DNA of 36,722 nucleotides from Methanobacteriota archaeon (GTDB lineage Archaea > Thermoplasmatota > E2 > DHVEG-1). Positions 14,477 to 22,727 of the stretch are shown one piece after another. Positions within the stretch are counted from its first letter, which is position 1. Each line of letters begins with the position of its first letter. Position numbers and translations under genes: made by a program. The notes below the pieces were generated by a model. It had not been told where the DNA came from, searched no databases, and saw only the letters and a list, made by a program, of their open reading frames with translations. Location: the NCBI GenBank assembly GCA_026394435.1, contig JAPKYG010000119.1, positions 1 to 36,722 of the forward strand, in the 5' to 3' direction.

Positions 14477-15838
14477 TTATTGCCCGGAATTATCAACATC
14501 AGAAACCGGAAAACACCGTGTCTTCCGCCCGGCCTTCACCACAGAAATCAGACCAGCCTGACCCAACACCTTGATATTATAATTAATCGTCTGCGGCTTC
14601 TGACCAAGCAATCGCGCGATTTCCTTCTGCGTCATCCCAGGCTGACTCCGAATAGACCCGATGATCCGGATCTGCAGATCAGTCAGCCGGAACCGCTCTG
14701 CTTTCGGGAAGTTCATCCCTGTAGGATAAAACGCCCGATACTTCAAACCCTCCCGACGTGACTGAATCAACTCGGTTTTTTCAAGGACACCGAGATGATA
14801 CGACAACGTACCATTCTTCACTCCAACCTTCCGCAGAATCTGATTATAATGCACCCCTGGGTTCGTCTTAATAAACCCATAGATCTGCCCACGGACAAAC
14901 TGATCGAGAACATCCTCCTTCTGAATCCGCGTATACAAAGGAAGCAACAATGTAAACATCAGGAGAAGCTTGTATTTCCCGCTCTCGGTAAACACCAGAA
15001 GACCAAACGCCAGCAACCCAAAACTAGCAGAAACAGCTGTTACCGGACCTTTATTCTTATTTACCCAGAGATACGAATGGCTGAGCTGCCCCTCATAATT
15101 CACAGCATATTGTTGAGTTGTCACATAGGTAAACCCCAGCGCATCGGAGACATTGACCATAAACCGGTACGTCCCGCTTTTTTTGTAATCATGCGCAACC
15201 GCGATCGTATCAGCGGCATATGTCCCATTGCTCCCATCACCCCAATCAATCCGGTAGTTGACCAGAGCTACATCTGGATTCTCCCTCGCCAGCTCAAAAA
15301 ACACCACCTGAACACTGTAAACATCTAACTCCTGAATCGATTGTATGAAGTTTGTCTTGACTGTGAAATTTTGCAGGGGAGAAACAACTACTGAAGATAC
15401 ACCGAGCACCTCAGATTGTTGTGGAACACTAATAACCGGTTTTTCTTCATAATAAGATATCGTACTCCCCTCAGGCAGGATGCTGGTCTCCTCAGACGAT
15501 TTAATGGCAAGACGATCATCGGGAAGCTTCACTGCGATACTCTCCGCAGGTAATTCAACCATGCTTTTCATCGCCCCATTCAGAATAATTGTGCTTGTGG
15601 TTAACGTAGGGTCAGAAACAATCGCGGTATAATTCATGTTTGTAGTCTGATCACTCAGCTGAAGAGAACTCAATGAACTATGAAGTGTCCCCGTGTCTGC
15701 AGAGGAAATAATCACAGGCATGTCTAAAAAAACACATAATATAAGAGCCGTAGCTACCATTAAAAAACCGAAATAGTTACTTCTCTTCACTGAAGAGGCA
15801 CTGTGTAGGGGCATAGTCCTTCTTTTTTTCTCCGTCAT
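14477..15838 (-). CDS. Membrane-tethered regulator: N-terminal anchor, extracellular PKD-like domain, TM helices, two cytoplasmic ArsR/MarR-like wHTH domains
   Basis: N-terminal TM is YFGFLMVATALILCVFL. The PKD-like signature is IDWGDGSNGTY...HDYKKSGTYRFMVNVSD. Further TMs are VSASFGLLAFGLLVF and YKLLLMFTLLLPLY. The wHTH segments are NPGVHYNQILRKVGVKNGTLSYHLGVLEKTELI and QPGMTQKEIARLLGQKPQTINYNIKVLGQAGLI. Confidence 0.8.
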   Translation of the reverse strand: MTEKKRRTMPLHSASSVKRSNYFGFLMVATALILCVFLDMPVIISSADTGTLHSSLSSLQLSDQTTNMNYTAIVSDPTLTTSTIILNGAMKSMVELPAESIAVKLPDDRLAIKSSEETSILPEGSTISYYEEKPVISVPQQSEVLGVSSVVVSPLQNFTVKTNFIQSIQELDVYSVQVVFFELARENPDVALVNYRIDWGDGSNGTYAADTIAVAHDYKKSGTYRFMVNVSDALGFTYVTTQQYAVNYEGQLSHSYLWVNKNKGPVTAVSASFGLLAFGLLVFTESGKYKLLLMFTLLLPLYTRIQKEDVLDQFVRGQIYGFIKTNPGVHYNQILRKVGVKNGTLSYHLGVLEKTELIQSRREGLKYRAFYPTGMNFPKAERFRLTDLQIRIIGSIRSQPGMTQKEIARLLGQKPQTINYNIKVLGQAGLISVVKAGRKTRCFPVSDVDNSGQ

Positions 15839-16142
15839 TTATACTTAAGAACCGCTCCATATTTATATGTTTTGAAACAAAGCTTTGATTGTTTATTGAG
15901 TCTCTTCATTTGAAAGCTAGGGAGAAAATCAGATATACAAAATGGTAAAAAAATAATATTTCTCTGTTTAAATGAGAAAATTATATATACTGATTATCTA
16001 TAAATAATAAATGGATAGGAAAATTGCCGAAAAATATACTATTCCATCTTAAGCAATACAAATATAATAATTGAATGAAGAAATATCTTTAAAGTAGTAA
16101 ATAGAGTAAAAGTTGAGACGTAAAGACCATCAAAGCGATAAT

Positions 16143-17087
16143 ATGACAAAGAATATAAAAAACATAGGAATATTTTTCATAATGCTCCTAATTTTATTTA
16201 CATCTTTTACAACAATTGTTAACGGTAAAAATAATTTAAATAATGATAATTTTCAAAATGTTGAAAAAATAACTAACAATACACTTTTCCAACCAACAGA
16301 AAACATAAATCTAAAACAAGATATATCAGAAATAAATGATATTACAAAAAATTATTGGGCAGTGCTAATAGGGTTAAATGATTACCCTGGTTATGCAAAT
16401 GATTTACCATATAGTATAAATGAAATAACAAGCTTCCAAAAAACCTTGCTTAATACGAGAAACTGGAAACAATCAAATATTAAAATAATAACGGATAATA
16501 ATGCTACAAATGCATCTTTTATTAATGCGATAAAATGGCTTGATGAAAACGAGGATTCAAATGATCTATCTATTTTTTACTTTGCAGGTCATGGATCACG
16601 TAATTCTAATGGTCATGAATATATAAAATTATATGATGCACAAATAACAGATGAAGAATTAGATAAACAATTAGACAATCTTGAAGGAAAAGTAATCGTT
16701 ATCCTTGACAGCTGCAAGAGCGGAGGATTTATTGAAGAATTACACCAAAATAAAAGAGTAATATTAACAGCTTGTAGCAAAGATGAATTAGCATATCAGG
16801 ATCATAACTTACAAAGTGGTATTTTTGGTTATTTTTTAAATATAACTCTTGATAAACTTGCAAAATCCGCTGAGATGGCATTTTTATTTACGTATCCCCT
16901 TTGTGTTTATTACAGTAAAAAAATAAGTGAACAGTATCATACTAACTTCACATTCCATCCTATTAAAGATGATAGTAATATTGGTTTATCAAAAATCATT
17001 ACTTGGCGTAAATTCTTACCTATTTCATCAGGATTTTTAACATACTTTAAGATTAAATCTAGTGAATCAAAAATTTGGATTCTCTAA
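16143..17087 (+). CDS. Caspase-fold (clan CD, C14/C13-like) cysteine peptidase with N-terminal signal anchor
   Basis: The His-Cys dyad context is FYFAGHGS and VIVILDSCKSGGF, preceded by YWAVLIGLNDYPG...NDLPYS. The N-terminal hydrophobic segment is IGIFFIMLLILFTSFTTIV. The ATG at 16143 is preferred over the track TTG at 16113. The gene is strikingly AT-rich. Confidence 0.8.
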   Translation: MTKNIKNIGIFFIMLLILFTSFTTIVNGKNNLNNDNFQNVEKITNNTLFQPTENINLKQDISEINDITKNYWAVLIGLNDYPGYANDLPYSINEITSFQKTLLNTRNWKQSNIKIITDNNATNASFINAIKWLDENEDSNDLSIFYFAGHGSRNSNGHEYIKLYDAQITDEELDKQLDNLEGKVIVILDSCKSGGFIEELHQNKRVILTACSKDELAYQDHNLQSGIFGYFLNITLDKLAKSAEMAFLFTYPLCVYYSKKISEQYHTNFTFHPIKDDSNIGLSKIITWRKFLPISSGFLTYFKIKSSESKIWIL

Positions 17088-17369
17088 GTCACAAAATTAA
17101 AAAATTCTAAGATTAAGACCTCGGTAGCTAACATTCCTCAGAACTCTTTCCCTTTTTCGCTACAGTGATATCCTCCATCTGGTTAATGTTTCTTCTGGCA
17201 AGAGCGTCAATTTTCCCGGGTTTTGTTTTATTCATATGTATCGACAGATTTCATGTGTCTACAATACGTAATAATCTCCTTTTGCAAAAATCCACCTCCC
17301 TATAACACCGCCAATAAACCTAAATAGCCAGCCGATATTACGAGCAAAACGCAGAGGAGCATCCCACGT

Positions 17370-18431
17370 ATGGCAACACAACTTGTCAAATGTCCCACAT
17401 GCAAAACCACAATTACGGTCTCTGGAGAATCTGGTGAAAAAATCTTTCTTACCTGCCCCCAGTGCAATCAAAAAGGAGCTTTTATCATCCCTGAAGAAAA
17501 AAGTGCAAAAACGATGGGAACAAATGAAGCGACTATCGAAGTCAATGGTCTGACAAAATCATATAACCATTTCACCGCGGTCAATAACGTCTCCTTCGCC
17601 GTTAAAAAAGGAGAAATCTTTGGGTTTCTCGGACCAAACGGCGCGGGGAAAACCACGACCATCAAAGCCATGCTTGACTTGATCCATGCGAACACCGGAA
17701 CCATTAAAATCAACGGCATCGACGTACGAACACACGGCAAAGAAGCAAAGAAATACGTCGGGTACATGCCGGAGAAAGTCGCATTCTATGATAACCTCAC
17801 TGCATTGCAGAACCTGCGTTTTTATGCAGAAATAAAACACGCACCCAAAGAGGAATGCATACATCTTATCGAAGAATTCGGCCTTGGTGACACCGGGAAA
17901 AAAAGAGTCGGGAAGTTCTCCAAAGGAATGGTCCAACGACTCGGCATGGCACGGGCTATCCTCGGCAATCCCCCGATCCTGATCCTCGATGAGCCAAGCG
18001 GCGGGTTAGACCCGCGTGGCGTCGTTTTAATCCGAGATAAAATCCTTGAAATGAAAAAGAAAGGAACAACTATTTTTGTTTCATCCCACATTCTCAGTGA
18101 AATCCAGGAGATCTGTGATCGCGTCGGCATCATCAATAAAGGACTCCTTGTCGCACAAGACACCGTTGAGGGACTCAGCAAAAAACTGAATCTGAAACCA
18201 CAAATCACGGTAACGGTAGGCTCTATGTCAGCGAAAATTGAAAACGCAGTCAAGAAACTCCCAGGGGTCGACAGTGTTAAAACCCAAGGAAACACTCTTG
18301 AAATCGTCTGCGACGGAACCATGAAAGCAAAAGTCATCCTGGCGATATCAACCGCTGGCGGAAACATCCAAAACATTCAAACAAAAGAACCCTCCCTTGA
18401 AGAAGTTTTCATGCGATACACGGAGGCATAG
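17370..18431 (+). CDS. ABC transporter ATP-binding protein with N-terminal zinc-ribbon extension
   Basis: Walker A is GPNGAGKTT, the signature-like motif is FSKGMVQRLGMA and Walker B is ILILDEPSGGLD. The N-terminal CPTCK...17 aa...CPQCN forms a 4-Cys ribbon. Confidence 0.9.
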   Translation: MATQLVKCPTCKTTITVSGESGEKIFLTCPQCNQKGAFIIPEEKSAKTMGTNEATIEVNGLTKSYNHFTAVNNVSFAVKKGEIFGFLGPNGAGKTTTIKAMLDLIHANTGTIKINGIDVRTHGKEAKKYVGYMPEKVAFYDNLTALQNLRFYAEIKHAPKEECIHLIEEFGLGDTGKKRVGKFSKGMVQRLGMARAILGNPPILILDEPSGGLDPRGVVLIRDKILEMKKKGTTIFVSSHILSEIQEICDRVGIINKGLLVAQDTVEGLSKKLNLKPQITVTVGSMSAKIENAVKKLPGVDSVKTQGNTLEIVCDGTMKAKVILAISTAGGNIQNIQTKEPSLEEVFMRYTEA

Positions 18432-18433
18432 GA

Positions 18434-19279
18434 ATGCAAACCAACGTTATTCTCAGCATCGCAAAAAAAGAAATCATGGATAATATCCGGAACAAATGGA
18501 TCATCCTGGTTTCCGTGATGTTCGCACTTCTCACCCTGGTTGTCTCCTATTTTGGCTCACTTGCAAGTCGTGGATGGCAAGACCTTGGCTTCACCATTTC
18601 AGGTATGGCAAATCTTGTGACCTTTTTAGTACCCATCATCGCACTCATGCTCGCATATGCAGCAATCATCGGAGAAATCGAACGAGGATCCATGAACTCG
18701 CTTCTCTCGCTGTCCGCAACCAGATTTGAAATCATCATCGGAAAATTCCTTGGCCTGGCAGGTGTCCTTTGCTTCACGATTATAATAGGGTTCGGAGCAG
18801 CTGGCCTGATGATAGCAGCCAATGTCTCTAATGTCAACTACGCTGATTACGGTATCTTCATTGGCGCAACCATGCTCCTTGGATTGGTGTTTTTAAGCGT
18901 GGCGTTGTTCTTCTCTACAATCTTCAATAAGCGGTCGACCGCGATGGGTGGCGCAATCTTCCTGTGGTTCCTCTTCAACATTATTCTTCCCATTGTTTTT
19001 ATTGGATTACTTGCGGCCACTATCGACATAACGAAGTTTGCACTAGGGAATCCGATTGTTGTACCAGACTGGTACCATGCCCTTAATTTGTTTAATCCAA
19101 CATCGGTGTACTCGTCTCTCCTCACGATCGCAATTGGTCCGGTCTCCTCGATGAACGCCTCCTCGATGATTCCAGCACCCGCCTGGTACTCCAGCGGACT
19201 TCTCATTGGCGTCCTCCTTGCCGGGATCATTGTCTTTTTCGTCCTCGCGGTTTGGAGGTTCCAACGAAAAGACATCTAA
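18434..19279 (+). CDS. ABC-2 family transporter permease
   Basis: Starts 3 nt after the ATPase stop. It has about six hydrophobic helices and an N-terminus (IAKKEIMDNIRNKW) typical of ABC-2/NosY-like permeases. Confidence 0.8.
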   Translation: MQTNVILSIAKKEIMDNIRNKWIILVSVMFALLTLVVSYFGSLASRGWQDLGFTISGMANLVTFLVPIIALMLAYAAIIGEIERGSMNSLLSLSATRFEIIIGKFLGLAGVLCFTIIIGFGAAGLMIAANVSNVNYADYGIFIGATMLLGLVFLSVALFFSTIFNKRSTAMGGAIFLWFLFNIILPIVFIGLLAATIDITKFALGNPIVVPDWYHALNLFNPTSVYSSLLTIAIGPVSSMNASSMIPAPAWYSSGLLIGVLLAGIIVFFVLAVWRFQRKDI

Positions 19280-19346
19280 CCTACCCATAAATCTTATAAA
19301 TACCACTTTGTTTTCCTACCATTCATCAACACTGGGGAACCAGCCT

Positions 19347-19712
19347 ATGGCACGACATGTAGAAAAAACGAATCCAGCGCTTATCACCCTTATTGTGGGG
19401 TTAAAAAAGACCGCGTATGAGAACGATGCGCCGATCTGGAAAGATATCGCAGAGCGATTAGAAAAACCATTACGGAATTGGTCTGAGGTTAATTTAAATC
19501 GTATTAGCATGTATGTTCATGAGAAAGAAACCGCGCTAATCCCTGGAAAAGTACTATCAACAGGGAAGTTAACGAAGAAGGTTTCCATTGCCGCCTGGTC
19601 ATTCTCAGAGAAGGCTCATGAGAAAATCAAGAAAGCAGGTGGCAAGACACTTTCCATCGAAGAGCTTGTGAAACACAATCCGAAAGGAAAAGATGTAAGG
19701 ATACTGGGATAA
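19347..19712 (+). CDS. rpl18e: 50S ribosomal protein L18e
   Basis: TNPALITLI..LKK......APIWKDIAERL.KP......VNL..I........IPGKVL..G.L.KKV.IAA.SFSE.A.EKI.KAGG....IEEL...NPKG matches archaeal L18e. The true ATG is at 19347, inside the longer track ORF. Confidence 0.9.
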   Translation: MARHVEKTNPALITLIVGLKKTAYENDAPIWKDIAERLEKPLRNWSEVNLNRISMYVHEKETALIPGKVLSTGKLTKKVSIAAWSFSEKAHEKIKKAGGKTLSIEELVKHNPKGKDVRILG

Positions 19713-19714
19713 CC

Positions 19715-20137
19715 ATGGTAGCAATCATAGATGCAGAAGGCGCAGTACTCGGACGACTTTGTACTGCAGTAGCGAAACGTCTCCTGAACGGCGAAGAGAT
19801 AGCCGTCATACATAGTGAGAAAGCAATCGTAACCGGTAAGAAAGATATGATTAAAGCACATTATAAACATGAACGAGAGGTTGGTACCTACCGGAAAGGT
19901 CCGTTCTACCCACGGATGCCTGATCGGATATTGAAACGAACGATTCGCGGCATGATCCCCTATCAGGAGCCTCATGGGAGAACAGCATTTAAAAGACTGA
20001 AATGCTATATAGGAGTACCAAAGGAGTTCCAAGGAAAATCCTTTGAGAAAATCACCGCTGCTGAAAAGCACCCTGCTGATTATATGACGTTGCAAGAAGT
20101 ATCACAATTTTTAGGAGCGAAGGTGTACTATGGCTAA
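19715..20137 (+). CDS. rpl13: 50S ribosomal protein L13
   Basis: IDAEGAVLGRL...IRGMIP... matches archaeal L13. Its operon position is between L18e and S9. Confidence 0.95.
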   Translation: MVAIIDAEGAVLGRLCTAVAKRLLNGEEIAVIHSEKAIVTGKKDMIKAHYKHEREVGTYRKGPFYPRMPDRILKRTIRGMIPYQEPHGRTAFKRLKCYIGVPKEFQGKSFEKITAAEKHPADYMTLQEVSQFLGAKVYYG

Positions 20138-20534
20138 GAAAGTTGTCAATACCACGGGGAAACGAAAAACATCGATAGCAAAAACAACCGTGGCAAAAGG
20201 CGCTGGTCGCGTCCGTATTAACAATATGCCTGTTGAGTTTTATGAGCCAGCAATCGCTCGATGGAAGATCATGGAGCCACTGAAACTCGCAGAACACCAT
20301 GCCAGCACGGTAGATATTGATGTCAACGTCAGTGGCGGTGGGTTCATGAGCCAGGCAAACGCAATACGAACCGCGATAGCAAAAGGCCTTGTGGAATACA
20401 CCGGGGACCCTGCGTTACGCCTCTCATTCCTTGGCTATGATAGAGATTTACTCGTGAGTGACTCACGGATTAAAGAAAGTAAAAAGCCTCTCGGGCGTGG
20501 TGCTCGAAAGAAAAGGCAGAAATCATACAGGTGA
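20130..20534 (+). CDS. rps9: 30S ribosomal protein S9
   Basis: GKRKTSIA...SGGG.MSQA.A.R.AIAK.L...........D..LL..D.R..E.KK.G..GAR...QKSYR is a canonical S9 C-terminus. Confidence 0.95.
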   Translation: MAKKVVNTTGKRKTSIAKTTVAKGAGRVRINNMPVEFYEPAIARWKIMEPLKLAEHHASTVDIDVNVSGGGFMSQANAIRTAIAKGLVEYTGDPALRLSFLGYDRDLLVSDSRIKESKKPLGRGARKKRQKSYR

Positions 20535-20538
20535 TCAA

Positions 20539-20763
20539 GTGATTATCCCTATTCGATGTTTTACCTGCGGAAACGTAATTTCCTCCATCTACGATGAATA
20601 TAAGAAACGGTGTGAGATGTATCAGAAGGCGATTGCTGCTGGTGAAAAACCAAAAGAAACCCCGCAGAAGATTCTCGATGACCTTGGTGCAGAGCGGTAC
20701 TGTTGCCGACGGATGATTATTTCTCAGGTTGACCTCCTCAAAGAAGCAGCGCCGTACGAATAA
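20539..20763 (+). CDS. rpoN: DNA-directed RNA polymerase subunit N (Rpo10/RpoN)
   Basis: (M/V)[10 protein letters not shown]...ERYCCRRM is the Zn-binding signature of archaeal RpoN / eukaryotic Rpb10. It starts at the GTG at 20539, 5 nt after the S9 stop. It has a short internal insertion relative to the roughly 65-aa norm. Confidence 0.9.
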   Translation: MIIPIRCFTCGNVISSIYDEYKKRCEMYQKAIAAGEKPKETPQKILDDLGAERYCCRRMIISQVDLLKEAAPYE

Positions 20764-21248
20764 ATCTCAACGATCAAAAAACAACTGTCCGCTGGGGCGT
20801 TGTAAAGGCTGCCTCAAAATTTTTCTTTTCTTTAAGAGCGTATTATTTTGATTACGTATTTGTATAAACTGAACATCGCCATGGTGAACAATCCTGCCAC
20901 AAACCCTATCAAGGCAAAGGTAATGGCAGTCATCTTTATCGCCTTTCCACCTTAGAAGAAAAAAGTTCGTGTGTGTGTTTTTCCGTGTTCATTGTCATTT
21001 TTCGTCCCTTCAAACAAATAATGATATATTATATCATGATATTATTTGTCATTGCTTGTATTTATAATTTTCCCGAAAAAATAACAAAAACTCTCACACC
21101 ATCGCAAATAATATAACATACCATCACATATCATCACAAAGGGGTGAATGTGGATGCAAAAAACACTATTCGATTTCTTTGAACCTGATGGTGAAAAAAA
21201 TAAGCGGACAACAACCGCAGCAAAATAAAAACAAGAGTTGTTCCCTTG

Positions 21249-22004
21249 TTAAATTTTAGGGGTACGATTCTCCCAGAGCCGCCACAGCGCAACACACAAA
21301 ACAACGGCAAAGAGAACAAAACACCCAAGAGCGATATAAAGGTACATCGGATTTTGATACACAGCCTGAATAACTCCTTGTGATTGATCAACCACGAAAC
21401 GACTACCATCACCAGCGGTGAGAGGCCCGGAATCAGAGGTTTTTTCAATGACAGTAAGCTCTTTTCCCAGAGGAATCCCTTGAGTATACGCAAGTTTCGC
21501 CCTCATTAAAAAAGTCTGAAAGAAATCAGGGAGGCCTGGTGGTACCGATACACCTTCGACCCAACCATTTCCAGCTTGAAGGAAATTGCCATTATCAACT
21601 AGGCCTTTACTCGACAACACCGCCTGATCACCCATCGTATACAGATTATACCCTATGACCGTACCTTTAATGTACCAGATCAGCTGAATAATACCTATCC
21701 ACAAAGCAACAAACGTAGTCGTAAACAGTATCACAATCTTCGTATTCTCCGGATGCAACAGACTCTCTCCCTTCCACGTCAGTTTATAGTACACCCACTT
21801 ATGACCATCACGCTCACTTCTCTTAATCAATCCTGCCTCATGCAGTTTCGCAAGATGCTCATGCAACGTTGCCTTATTCAGATTCGAGACTTTCGCAATC
21901 TCATTCAGCCCCATATTCTTCCCATCAAGGGTCTTAAGAATATCGAGTCTCGTATCAGACGCAAGTGCCTTGAATGTCTCTCGATCCAACGTGATCTTTG
22001 TCAT
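21249..22004 (-). CDS. Membrane-tethered ArsR-type wHTH regulator (N-terminal HTH, TM, extracytoplasmic domain, C-terminal TM)
   Basis: The ArsR-type HTH is FKALASDTRLDILKTLDGKNMGLNEIAKVSNLNKATLHEHLAKLHEAGLI. TM helices are IVILFTTTFVALWIGIIQLIWYI and LYIALGCFVLFAVVLCVALW. The ATG at 22004 is preferred over the track TTG at 22019. Confidence 0.75.
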   Translation of the reverse strand: MTKITLDRETFKALASDTRLDILKTLDGKNMGLNEIAKVSNLNKATLHEHLAKLHEAGLIKRSERDGHKWVYYKLTWKGESLLHPENTKIVILFTTTFVALWIGIIQLIWYIKGTVIGYNLYTMGDQAVLSSKGLVDNGNFLQAGNGWVEGVSVPPGLPDFFQTFLMRAKLAYTQGIPLGKELTVIEKTSDSGPLTAGDGSRFVVDQSQGVIQAVYQNPMYLYIALGCFVLFAVVLCVALWRLWENRTPKI

Positions 22005-22156
22005 ATTTCCTATAACCAATTATCTCTTACAACCTTTAAATACTGTATGTTTACGTTCGGTTTTTCCCAAACGATACATCTCCCGTAGCGGCGATTCTCC
22101 CCTTATGAACAAAATGTAAAATTATAAATCACACAGAACCATTACCCCCCTCTTGT

Positions 22157-22687
22157 ATGAAGAAGGACACACTTATCCAACACCTCAAAGAATGCGGAGC
22201 GATCAAGTTCGGACGGTTCGTACTCACTTCAGGAGCAATCAGCGACTACTATATCGACATAAAGAAAGCAAGTACAGAACCAAAAATCCTCAAAATCATC
22301 GCACAACAGATGAGCGATTACACAAAAGGCTATGATATGCTCGCAGGAATGGAGCTAGGAGCAGTACCCCTCGTAGTGGCACTCGCGCTAGAAACCGGGA
22401 TTCCGTATGTGATCATCAGAAAAGAAAAACGAGAGCACGGCACCGGAAAACAGATCGAGGGTGGCGATGTCAAAGGAAAAAGCGTGCTCATCGTTGAAGA
22501 TGTCACAACCAGTGGCGGTTCCGTGGTAAAAGCCATTCAGATTCTCCGAGAGAATAACGCTGAAGTCGAAAAAGTCCTCGTCGTCGTAGATCGGGAGACT
22601 GGCGCACGAGAGCAGCTCCAGAAACTAGAAGTCGAGTTCATTCCATTAGTCTCAGTCAGTGAAATCCTCAAAAACAAAAAACACTAA
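22157..22687 (+). CDS. pyrE: Orotate phosphoribosyltransferase
   Basis: The PRPP-binding motif is VLIVEDVTTSGGS. The N-terminus (FG.F.L.SG..S.YYID) and the size match archaeal PyrE. Confidence 0.9.
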   Translation: MKKDTLIQHLKECGAIKFGRFVLTSGAISDYYIDIKKASTEPKILKIIAQQMSDYTKGYDMLAGMELGAVPLVVALALETGIPYVIIRKEKREHGTGKQIEGGDVKGKSVLIVEDVTTSGGSVVKAIQILRENNAEVEKVLVVVDRETGAREQLQKLEVEFIPLVSVSEILKNKKH

Positions 22688-22727
22688 AAAACCATATTCG
22701 GATTTAAAAAATAGATAGGGGAAAACT

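Noticed and set aside
13858-14761. Plus-strand ORFs 13858..14475, 13880..14170 and 14195..14761 (P/T/H/Q-rich)
   Set aside because: They are shadow ORFs antisense to the well-supported TIGR00725/LOG-like gene and to the 3' end of the wHTH membrane regulator. Their low-complexity composition is typical of antisense frames.
17259-17471. 70-aa minus-strand ORF overlapping the ABC ATPase start, and a 35-codon minus-strand ORF at 17235..17128
   Set aside because: The first overlaps the zinc-ribbon coding region of the ABC gene and has no supporting signals. The second (MNKTKPGKIDALARRNINQMEDITVAKKGKSSEEC) has no SD or TATA evidence that I could see. It is too weak to call.
20764-21130. Expected tRNA (often found between rpoN and rpoK in archaea)
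   Set aside because: I could not find a T-loop (GGTTCRAATCC-like) or an acceptor-stem pairing, and the region is too AT-rich. tRNAscan-SE would be decisive.
21134-21493. 119-aa minus-strand ORF overlapping the 3' end of the ArsR-like membrane regulator gene
   Set aside because: It is a different frame of the same strand as a better-supported 251-aa gene, and probably a frame artefact.
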